A DNA stretch of 64,000 nucleotides from Candidatus Saccharimonadia bacterium (GTDB taxonomy: Bacteria; Patescibacteriota; Saccharimonadia; UBA4664), in the NCBI GenBank assembly GCA_035479295.1, contig DATIIV010000012.1:65010-129009 (forward strand), in the 5' to 3' direction. Positions 27,260 through 34,758 of the stretch are shown piece after piece. The notes beneath the pieces were generated by a model. The model saw only the letters and a list, made by a program, of their open reading frames with translations, made no database searches and was not told the DNA's origin. The position numbers were made by a program, and so were the translations under genes. The number at the start of each line of letters is the position of its first letter. Positions within the stretch are counted from its first letter, which is position 1.

Positions 27260-29263
27260 TTATCGGAGTGAGGTTGGCGGTTTGGGTCGGCGCCATAGCC
27301 AGTGGTGCAGGGTTAGGCTGATGCCGCCGAGCAGGCCCAGGCTGAGGCCAATCAGCGAGGCGTTGACGGCCGTCTTGTTGCCCTTAAGCGGCGCAAAGAG
27401 TAGGTTGCGAATGGTCTGGAGGGGCGACAGGTTGTTCTGTACGTCGACGCGCCGGCTGGCTATTTGGGTCTGGCCGCTGGGCGTGGTGGTGACGGCCGTG
27501 ACGGTGTGCTGGCCGTTGGTGAGGTAGGTAGTGTCGAGCTGATTGCCAGTGGTAACGGGCGTGCCGTCGACTTTAATGATGGTGTGGCCGCGGCTGCCCG
27601 GCGTGCCCAGGCTGATGGTGCCGCCCACCACGGGCTGGGCACCGGCCGGAATGGGTACCGGCGTGCTGGTGCCGGGCGGCGTAATGGTAATGGGGTTGCC
27701 GCTGCCCGGCGCCGGGCTGGGCGAGGGGCTGGGGTTGGGCGGTGCCTGGGTCTGTACGGTGAGGTTGGCCCGGGCCGAGGCGTTGCCGGCGGCGTCGTAG
27801 GCCTCCACCTGAAAGGTGTAGTTGGTGGAGGCCGCCAGATTCTGGGCGAGGTAGCTGGTGCCGGCCTGGTCGGCCACGCGGCTGCCGCCCTGGTACACGC
27901 GGTAGCCGCGCACACCCACATTGTCGCTGGCGGCGTTCCAGGCCAGGCTAATCTGGGCGTTGGTAATGAGCGTGGCGCGCAGGCTGCCCGGCACCGACGG
28001 CGCCTGGGTGTCGCCGGGATTGGGCGTCGCGGTGGGCGGAGTCGTGGGCGTGGGAGTGTGGGTGGGCACCGGAGTTGGCGTGGGGGTATGAGTGGGGACG
28101 GGCGTGGGCGCTGTGGTTGGGGGAGGCGTTGGTGCGGGAGTGGTCGCGGCCAGGCTGTGGGCATAGTTCCAAATCAGCTGCCCCAGCGCATCGATGTTCG
28201 TGGGGTTGCCCGAGCTATTAACGGCCACATTGTAGAATGGCCCGCCGCCGTTCACAAACTCAAATCCGCTCAGGCCGTTGCCGTGCCAGGGCAGAATGCC
28301 CACGCCCAACCCCGGTGCCACGCTAAAGGCCGCCTGGGTGCCGGCCTGCAGCAGCGGGTTGTCGCCGGAGCTATCGCCATCGATCCAGCCGGTCTCGCCA
28401 ATCATCAGCGGCAGGTTTTGGCCGTGCATGGCCTGAATAAAGCTGCTTAGCTGGCTGCTCTTATTGGCCCAATTGCCATACACATGCACCGAGAACGCTA
28501 CATTACCGTAACTATTTTTTAACCCCGGTCCATACTGCAAAAAGGCGCTCTGACTATGCCAATCGCCGCCGTAACTCTGCTCCTGGCCGCAGTTTGAGCC
28601 ATCGTACACAATCATATTTTGGGCGCCGGTGGCTCGAATAGCACTCGAGTAATCGTTCATCATGTTGGTCCAGGTGCTGTCGGCATTGCCACTGCCAGGC
28701 TCATTATATAAGTTGAACCAGACGTAAGGATTCGTCTTGTAACGATTAGCTTTGTCGATCCACCAGGTCTTAATGGCGGCGTAGTCGGTGCCATTAACGT
28801 AACCGCAATCGGCACGGGGGTGCATGTCTATCATCACCACCATATGGCGGTTGGTGTACTCGGTGACGATGCCGTCCAGGTCGTTATTAACGCCCGAGAT
28901 GCCGGGGGTGACGCCGGCGTTGTACTGCGACGGATTCTCGGGGCCGCTGTCGAGCTCGCTGTTGAGGCGGATGATGTTCCACTTCCAGGCGGCCTGGGCC
29001 GGCCCGCTCTCGCCCAGGGTGGGGTTACCCCACACAAAGTGCGGCCCGTCCAAGTTGGTCCCCACCGGCGTAAAGACGGCGCCATTGGGGTCGATAATTT
29101 GCCAGCCGCTGAGGTGAAAAGTGCCGGCCGCGAGGCTGTGGCGCACCACGTACAGGCCCGCGACGACGGTGAGCGCCACCACCGCCGCCATGGCCACTAA
29201 GCTCCAGCGGCTGGTTAGTCGAAGACGCCCGAGAGCGATTTTGGAGCGGCGCTTACGCCTCAT
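27260..29263 (-). CDS. GH5-family glycoside hydrolase (cellulase-like), then a PT-rich linker, a fibronectin-III domain and a C-terminal TM anchor
   Basis: Start at MRRKRRSK... (29263) with a signal/TM segment. GH5 acid/base NEP (FNLYNEPG) and nucleophile (MIGETGW). PTPTP linker. FN3 (SLAWNAASDNVGVRGYRVYQ...YTFQVEAYDAAGN). C-terminal hydrophobic helix, then HHWLWRRPKPP. Confidence 0.8.
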   Translation of the reverse strand: MRRKRRSKIALGRLRLTSRWSLVAMAAVVALTVVAGLYVVRHSLAAGTFHLSGWQIIDPNGAVFTPVGTNLDGPHFVWGNPTLGESGPAQAAWKWNIIRLNSELDSGPENPSQYNAGVTPGISGVNNDLDGIVTEYTNRHMVVMIDMHPRADCGYVNGTDYAAIKTWWIDKANRYKTNPYVWFNLYNEPGSGNADSTWTNMMNDYSSAIRATGAQNMIVYDGSNCGQEQSYGGDWHSQSAFLQYGPGLKNSYGNVAFSVHVYGNWANKSSQLSSFIQAMHGQNLPLMIGETGWIDGDSSGDNPLLQAGTQAAFSVAPGLGVGILPWHGNGLSGFEFVNGGGPFYNVAVNSSGNPTNIDALGQLIWNYAHSLAATTPAPTPPPTTAPTPVPTHTPTPTPVPTHTPTPTTPPTATPNPGDTQAPSVPGSLRATLITNAQISLAWNAASDNVGVRGYRVYQGGSRVADQAGTSYLAQNLAASTNYTFQVEAYDAAGNASARANLTVQTQAPPNPSPSPSPAPGSGNPITITPPGTSTPVPIPAGAQPVVGGTISLGTPGSRGHTIIKVDGTPVTTGNQLDTTYLTNGQHTVTAVTTTPSGQTQIASRRVDVQNNLSPLQTIRNLLFAPLKGNKTAVNASLIGLSLGLLGGISLTLHHWLWRRPKPPTSLR

Positions 29264-29379
29264 TGTGGTCCCTATTAATGTGCTTATGATTATATACTGC
29301 CTGCCCAGCAGTTGACGAATGCGGTTAAATGGGGGATTATGGGCGGTGCCTTGTACCGAATGTACGGGAGTAATTAGAC

Positions 29380-30366
29380 GTGACAGCTTACGCAGAAGTG
29401 GCCGATGGCCACTGGGTCCGTCCCTCATTTAGCGCCTATGAACTTGAGGTGGCGGAGCGAATTCTAGCCGGCTATTCTCACAAGGTGTTGGCGCAGTGGC
29501 GTGCCCAATGCGTGGGCGCGGAACGAACGGATACGTCGATCACTTCGGTGCTGACTCGCTTGGGCCGGTTGGTTGCACGAGGCGATTCGATTCGCCTGAC
29601 GGTCATCATGGCGGAGCTGAGCTTAATTAAGCTGCCGAATGTGCAGCCCTGGGAAACTGATGCCTTGATGGAATCGGGCCTCAGTTTTGCCTGGGAACAG
29701 ATCCTGGAGCTGGCCATGAATGGCTGCAGCGCTCAACAGATCGCGACGAGGCTAAACCTCAGCTTCTCGCAGGTTCGAGGGCGGATCAGAATGTTACGCT
29801 ACTCCGGCGCGTTTAGGCAGTCTAGACTAATCCGACAGGTGGCAGTTTGGCTGACAACGAGATCTTTCATTCCGGACCGGCTTTCGAAGCGGCCGGTGGT
29901 TCAGGGGCCTCTGCTCTGGCATTACCTGATGGGCTACGATGAAGTGGAGACTCAGAGGCGACTTAACTGCGTCCCGTGGGTGGTGCCAACTTGGACAGCT
30001 CAAATGTTGACGCGCCTGAGAGAGACCTCGCTACTCAGAAGTTGTTTGGACGGCGTGAATAGCGGTAGGCTGCGGCTACCCTATCCACTGCGAGGATCCG
30101 TGGAGGCGCTGACTAAGCAGCCGCTTAGCTCTCGGTGCGTGGAGGAGCTGCGCGATCACGTGATGCGCGCTCGGAATATGACCCTTCAGCAGCAGGCTGC
30201 ACTACGTCAGCCTCAGCCTGATTGGCACGACATCTGTCGTGAGGTGCGCGTCGATACGCCCTGGCAGGCCCTGATGGTTGGGGCGGGTTATGTGTCTAGG
30301 CTAGATCAGTGTGGTGCTTTGGCGCCTCCGAACGCCTACAAGGGAGACGCACAGAATGGCAGCTAG
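29380..30366 (+). CDS. Protein of about 4 degenerate LuxR/GerE-type HTH repeats (no receiver or ligand-binding domain)
   Basis: GTG start with GGGAG upstream. Repeated xLSxxExxVxxLxxxGxSxxxIAxxLxLSxxTVxxHxxxIxxKLG-like blocks (for example FSAYELEVAERILAGYSHKVLAQ, FAWEQILELAMNGCSAQQIATRLNLSFSQVRGRIRML, GPLLWHYLMGY...). Confidence 0.55.
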   Translation: MTAYAEVADGHWVRPSFSAYELEVAERILAGYSHKVLAQWRAQCVGAERTDTSITSVLTRLGRLVARGDSIRLTVIMAELSLIKLPNVQPWETDALMESGLSFAWEQILELAMNGCSAQQIATRLNLSFSQVRGRIRMLRYSGAFRQSRLIRQVAVWLTTRSFIPDRLSKRPVVQGPLLWHYLMGYDEVETQRRLNCVPWVVPTWTAQMLTRLRETSLLRSCLDGVNSGRLRLPYPLRGSVEALTKQPLSSRCVEELRDHVMRARNMTLQQQAALRQPQPDWHDICREVRVDTPWQALMVGAGYVSRLDQCGALAPPNAYKGDAQNGS

Positions 30367-31258
30367 CGATCTCGCTTGGGAGAATCCCTCGGAGCGACAG
30401 ATCTGCCAGCTTGTACTGGAGGGGAACAGCATACTTGGCATTGCCGAGCAGCTGGGACTGAGCCCCGGTGGCGTCAGAAGCAAGCTCAACCGAGTTCATA
30501 CCAGAACTGGCATTCACGGCCGGTCAGCGATGATCTTAGCGCTGACCGAAGCGGGCGTTCTAACCGTGCCGATCAGCCGAGCCCAGCAGCTAAAGACCTC
30601 TCCGGCGGTAATTCAATCTGACCCTTTCTGGTTGTTGCTAGCGGAGATATCGATGCTGGACGTCAGTCTCGGCTGGCTCAACAGTGCCTCTGGTCGCTCG
30701 GTTAAGCAGATTGACAAGCTGTGTGGCCGAGTTACTCGATTAATGCATAAGGCACACCCGGGTAGGTCCGTGCTTAACCAGATGGCAATCGATCGTGCTA
30801 TCCTGGGATCGATCCAACTGCCGCAGGCATCTCAACTGCAGCTGGTTTGGGGGCCGCTGCTATGGTACCTGCTGATGGGCTATGCGCCGCAGGAAATAGC
30901 CCTTGCTCTTTGCAAGAAAGGTTGGGTGATACCGGCGAAGAGATTAGTGGATCAATGGCTGGTGCGTTTGTGGAAGCAATGCGGCAGCGCTGGTGTGGCC
31001 CCGACACTCGTGCGGCTCGTGCGGCAGCGTCAGGTGCAGCTGCCCTATGTGCTGCAGCGGGCCACTGATCGGCTGAAGTTCATGGTGCCGGATGCTGCGC
31101 TGAGCGAGCAGTTAGATCAATGTTACGATACACTGGTGCGGCGGAGTCTGCCGCTGGGCGTTAACCTTAAAGACCAGTTTGGGCTCTGCGACCGCCTGGG
31201 AGTGGCCAATCCCTGGCAGGCTATGTTGGTGGCCGCCTATTTGGGGCGGCTGCGGTAA
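30356..31258 (+). CDS. Paralogous multi-LuxR-HTH repeat protein
   Basis: ATG 30356 (MAASDLAWENPSERQICQLVLEGNSILGIAEQLGLSPGGVRSKLNRVHTRTGI, a clean LuxR-type HTH). Overlaps the upstream paralog by 11 nt. Confidence 0.6.
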   Translation: MAASDLAWENPSERQICQLVLEGNSILGIAEQLGLSPGGVRSKLNRVHTRTGIHGRSAMILALTEAGVLTVPISRAQQLKTSPAVIQSDPFWLLLAEISMLDVSLGWLNSASGRSVKQIDKLCGRVTRLMHKAHPGRSVLNQMAIDRAILGSIQLPQASQLQLVWGPLLWYLLMGYAPQEIALALCKKGWVIPAKRLVDQWLVRLWKQCGSAGVAPTLVRLVRQRQVQLPYVLQRATDRLKFMVPDAALSEQLDQCYDTLVRRSLPLGVNLKDQFGLCDRLGVANPWQAMLVAAYLGRLR

Positions 31259-31260
31259 CT

Positions 31261-31303
31261 AGGGCGGGGAGGCATTCGTGCCTCCCCGCCCTTAACCATT
31301 TTT
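31261..31303 (+). terminator. Strong rho-independent terminator (14-bp stem AGGGCGGGGAGGCA / TGCCTCCCCGCCCT with a TTCG tetraloop, then a T5 run)
   Basis: Lies between convergent genes. The U-tract is on the plus strand only. Confidence 0.75.
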
Positions 31304-31315
31304 AGGCGTCGCTTG

Positions 31316-32113
31316 CTACACCTCCACCGTCTTTATCGTCCACATATCCCAGGCCAGGCCGCGATTGCCCAGGTAGGCGAACGGCAGGTAAAAATACCCC
31401 TTATCGCCCCAACCGGTGCCCCAAGAGTTGCGGCCAATGAACTGCTGCTTGGTCTGGTCGTAGCCCACAATCAGTACGGCGTGGCCGCCCAGCAGTTTCT
31501 CGCTCTTGTGGGGCAGAGGAATGACGCCGGTCGTATTAGCGGCTGGGCTCTCAAAGCTCTCATACACTGAGATACCGGTAATGAACGGGTAGCCGCTAGC
31601 TAGGCAGGCCAGCATATCGCCGAAGGGATTGAGGTGATGGGTGACGATGCGCTGATAGGTAAGGGCTTGATTTTTTTCGGCTTCATCAAAGCACTTTTTG
31701 GTAGGCTTAACGGTAAACTTGGTAATGTCGTAAGGCCAATCCGTCTCGGGTGCGCTCCCAATCTTAACGAGAACTTTAACACCATCGCGCAGCCGGGCGC
31801 CGGCATCGCTGTTAACCGTGCCTTCCACATCGCGCTCGTTCCAGTAAATAAAAAGACGGCTCGGTGTCATAAAGGCCTTGCCCTCTTGGTGGCGGTCAAA
31901 GTCGAAAGCGGCGGCCAGCGCGTTAGCGGTGCAGCTGCCCAAGTGGCCTTGGTTGTAAATGGGCGGACATTTGTGGCGCAGATCGGCCTGGGGCGGCAGG
32001 GGAGCGGCTACTTGGGCTAGGGCGGCCGTGCCGTCAAAGATGTGGTCCCGTTGGTCGGGTAGGTCGGGTAGCCAGCCGAGGCCGTGGTTTTGAGGAGTAA
32101 CGTTGTGTGCCAT
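31316..32113 (-). CDS. Papain-like cysteine peptidase (C1 family), no signal peptide
   Basis: Catalytic Cys in QGHLGSCTANALAAAF, His in GGHAVLIVGYD, Asn in RNSWGTGWGDKGYF. 265 aa. Confidence 0.85.
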   Translation of the reverse strand: MAHNVTPQNHGLGWLPDLPDQRDHIFDGTAALAQVAAPLPPQADLRHKCPPIYNQGHLGSCTANALAAAFDFDRHQEGKAFMTPSRLFIYWNERDVEGTVNSDAGARLRDGVKVLVKIGSAPETDWPYDITKFTVKPTKKCFDEAEKNQALTYQRIVTHHLNPFGDMLACLASGYPFITGISVYESFESPAANTTGVIPLPHKSEKLLGGHAVLIVGYDQTKQQFIGRNSWGTGWGDKGYFYLPFAYLGNRGLAWDMWTIKTVEV

Positions 32114-32283
32114 AATGAGCCCTCATTTACGATGCTTGAATTATTTATTCTAGGCCTCAGCAGCGGTGGCGGGATTGGGCACATTGGCGATTAAATAGGC
32201 TTAAGCCGCCGAACAATTGGGCAAACCGGCTCTGGCGCGAGGGCGGGGTTAGGTCTAGGCTAAGGCCTAATCAAGCGACGTTT

Positions 32284-32679
32284 ATGGCATTGCGAATTCT
32301 GATTGTCGAAGATTCGGTTAGCATTCGTATGTTGTACCAGGAGGTGCTACACAAGGCGGGCTATGAGGTCGAGGTGGCGACGGACGGCCAGGTAGCCTTG
32401 AGGCTGGCTCAGGCGCAGCCGTTCGACTGTATTGTGGTTGACATGTTGATGCCAAACCTTGATGGGCTGGCCTTTCTTAAGGCCTTTGATTGTCGACGTC
32501 ATCCCAAGACGCGCGTGATCATGGCCAGCAACTTGGACGATCCGCAGAAACGCGAGCAGGCGCTGGCGCTGGGTGCGGCCGCCTACATCATCAAGGCCGA
32601 GGTGTCGTTGCCGGAGTTATTGCGCAAGATTGATCCGACGCGGCCTGCTCCCGGAGCTTCGGCCGAGGGCGTGCATTAA
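32284..32679 (+). CDS. Response regulator, receiver domain only
   Basis: ILIVEDS, VVDMLMP, K in YIIKAE. 131 aa. Confidence 0.85.
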   Translation: MALRILIVEDSVSIRMLYQEVLHKAGYEVEVATDGQVALRLAQAQPFDCIVVDMLMPNLDGLAFLKAFDCRRHPKTRVIMASNLDDPQKREQALALGAAAYIIKAEVSLPELLRKIDPTRPAPGASAEGVH

Positions 32680-32709
32680 CCTCGTCCGCATGGTAATCTG
32701 GGCGATAGA

Positions 32710-34035
32710 ATGGATGATATTCAGTCTCAGCCTATCTTTTTGATTATTGTTGGCATCTCGGGCGATTTGGCGCGTCGCAAGCTCTTGCCGGCTCTGCGCC
32801 AGATTGCGGCGGCGGGTGAGTTGCCACGCGAGTTTCGGGTTATCGGCATCACCCGCCGGCAGCTCAATGTGGCCAGCCTAACGGCCGGCGATGCCTTTTT
32901 GGCCGCGCACCTGGAGCTCTACCAAATGGATCTGGCCGAAGTCGCGGCCTACGACGGCCTTAAGCGACATCTGGCACAGCTCGAGCAGCAGTTGGGCGGC
33001 GCGGCTCAGCGGCTGTATTATCTCTCGGTGCCGCCGCAGGTGTCTGGGCCAATCGTGCAATTATTGGGCGAGTCTGGCTTAGCGGCTATGCCAGACAGTA
33101 AGTTGCTGCTCGAGAAGCCGTTTGGCACCGATCTCGCTTCGGCTGAGGACTTTATTGCCCACACCCAGCGCCACTTTACCGAGGACCAAATCTACCGCAT
33201 CGACCACTACTTGGCCAAAGAGATGGCTCAGAATCTGCTGGTATTTCGGGGCGGCAATGCGCTGTTTCGGCGCACCTGGAACCATGAGTTTATCGAGCGC
33301 ATCGAGCTGCTGGCCAGCGAAGAGATCGGCATTGAGGGTCGCTCGGCCTTTTACGAGCAGACCGGCGCGCTGCGCGATTTGGTGCAGAGCCACCTGCTGC
33401 AGCTGGCGGCTCTCACGCTCATGGAGGTCCCGCCGGCCGGCGACGAGACCCAGCTGCGGGCGGCCCGGCTCGCCGCCTTGCAGGCGCTGCAGCCGCCGGT
33501 CGATAGTACGCGGGATGTGCGCCGCGGCCAGTATATTGGCTACCGGGCCGAGGTGGCCAACCCCGCTAGTGCCACCGAGACGTTTGTATCGCTGACGCTC
33601 CGATCGCACGATCCGCGCTGGCAGGGTGTGCCCATTACGCTCACAACCGGCAAAGGCCTGGCGCGCAAAACCACCGAAATTCGAATTCATTATCGTCAGA
33701 GCGAGGCCGACGAAGCCAATGAGCTGGTGCTGCGCGTGCAGCCGCGCGAGGGCATCGAGCTTGATCTGTGGGCCAAGCGACCCGGCTACGACCATCGGCT
33801 CGAACGCGTGCCGCTCGAGTTTGCCTACAGCCGTCACTTCGACTCGCTGCCGGAGGCCTACGAGCGCGTGCTGGTCGACGCCATGCGGTCGCGCCGCAGT
33901 CTGTTTGCTTCGAGCGAGGAGGTACTGGCCTCGTGGCGCATCCTGGCGCCGGTGCAGCGGGCTTGGGGCATGAGCGATAAAGACTTAATCCTCTATCCGC
34001 TTGGCAGTGAGCCGGCCGCCGTCATTGGTCGGTAA
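32710..34035 (+). CDS. zwf: Glucose-6-phosphate 1-dehydrogenase
   Basis: N-terminal NADP site IVGISGDLARRKLLPAL, active-site IDHYLAKE, and the EKP motif (LLLEKPFG). Confidence 0.9.
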   Translation: MDDIQSQPIFLIIVGISGDLARRKLLPALRQIAAAGELPREFRVIGITRRQLNVASLTAGDAFLAAHLELYQMDLAEVAAYDGLKRHLAQLEQQLGGAAQRLYYLSVPPQVSGPIVQLLGESGLAAMPDSKLLLEKPFGTDLASAEDFIAHTQRHFTEDQIYRIDHYLAKEMAQNLLVFRGGNALFRRTWNHEFIERIELLASEEIGIEGRSAFYEQTGALRDLVQSHLLQLAALTLMEVPPAGDETQLRAARLAALQALQPPVDSTRDVRRGQYIGYRAEVANPASATETFVSLTLRSHDPRWQGVPITLTTGKGLARKTTEIRIHYRQSEADEANELVLRVQPREGIELDLWAKRPGYDHRLERVPLEFAYSRHFDSLPEAYERVLVDAMRSRRSLFASSEEVLASWRILAPVQRAWGMSDKDLILYPLGSEPAAVIGR

Positions 34036-34750
34036 TCGCTGCCATAAAGGCCGCTGCAATCGCTGCATAACCTCGCTCGTTGGGATGGAATCGGTCGGCG
34101 GCTAGCTTGCCCGTCCAGGGCAGGGCAAAGGCCGGCCCCATATCTGCTATTTTGAGTCCACGCTGCTGAGCCTGTCGATGCAGAAGCCGGCTGGCCGCTC
34201 GGTAGCGCAACACCGGTGCTAGCAGCGGCGGAATGTTAGGTCGGGCAAAGATATCGGCTACCACGGCGCCGTGTGGCAGCTGCATGAGCAAATGGTCGAG
34301 CCGCCGGAGCAGATGGCGGCGACCGCCGGGCTGAACCAAATCGTTGGAGCCGATCATAACGGTGATCAGATCGGGCCGGAGGCCCAGCTGATCCAGCACC
34401 GGCAGTTGATGATCGATCACGTCCTGAATTCGCCCACCACTAACCGATAGATTGATGAGTCGGTAGCTCCGACCGACCGCAGCTAGCCGTGCGTGGGCCT
34501 GGCCGACCCAGCCGCGGTCGTAGGCCGGGGCGCCAATGCCCTGCGACATCGAGTCGCCGAGTACCACCCACAGCCGGCCCGACCCACCAAGGGCTTGCTC
34601 ATTGGCTTGGTGCCAGGCCGCCGCATACGGCTCTGCTTGGTCTTGCACGGCTCGAAGCGACGGCCACAACTGCCGCAGTAACCGCCGTCCCAAGGCCAAG
34701 CTTGGGTGTAGGGGAGTGCGCCGCTGATAGGAGTTGGTCGCCAAAGCCAC
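34022..34750 (-). CDS. SGNH/GDSL-family hydrolase
   Basis: GDS motif VVLGDSMSQGIG. The C-terminus overlaps the zwf stop by 14 nt (convergent). Confidence 0.7.
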   Translation of the reverse strand: MALATNSYQRRTPLHPSLALGRRLLRQLWPSLRAVQDQAEPYAAAWHQANEQALGGSGRLWVVLGDSMSQGIGAPAYDRGWVGQAHARLAAVGRSYRLINLSVSGGRIQDVIDHQLPVLDQLGLRPDLITVMIGSNDLVQPGGRRHLLRRLDHLLMQLPHGAVVADIFARPNIPPLLAPVLRYRAASRLLHRQAQQRGLKIADMGPAFALPWTGKLAADRFHPNERGYAAIAAAFMAAITDQ

Positions 34751-34758
34751 GGGCCGGT

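Noticed and set aside
27464-28450. 328-aa ORF antisense to the GH5-FN3 gene (and the nested 234-aa minus-frame ORF at 27460-28164)
   Set aside because: Gly/Arg- or Pro/Arg-rich composition without a start context. The sense frame has clear catalytic and FN3 motifs.
33079-33837. 252-aa ORF antisense to zwf (plus 33122-33595 in an alternate plus frame)
   Set aside because: The zwf frame carries the canonical G6PD motifs. The others are GC-frame artefacts.
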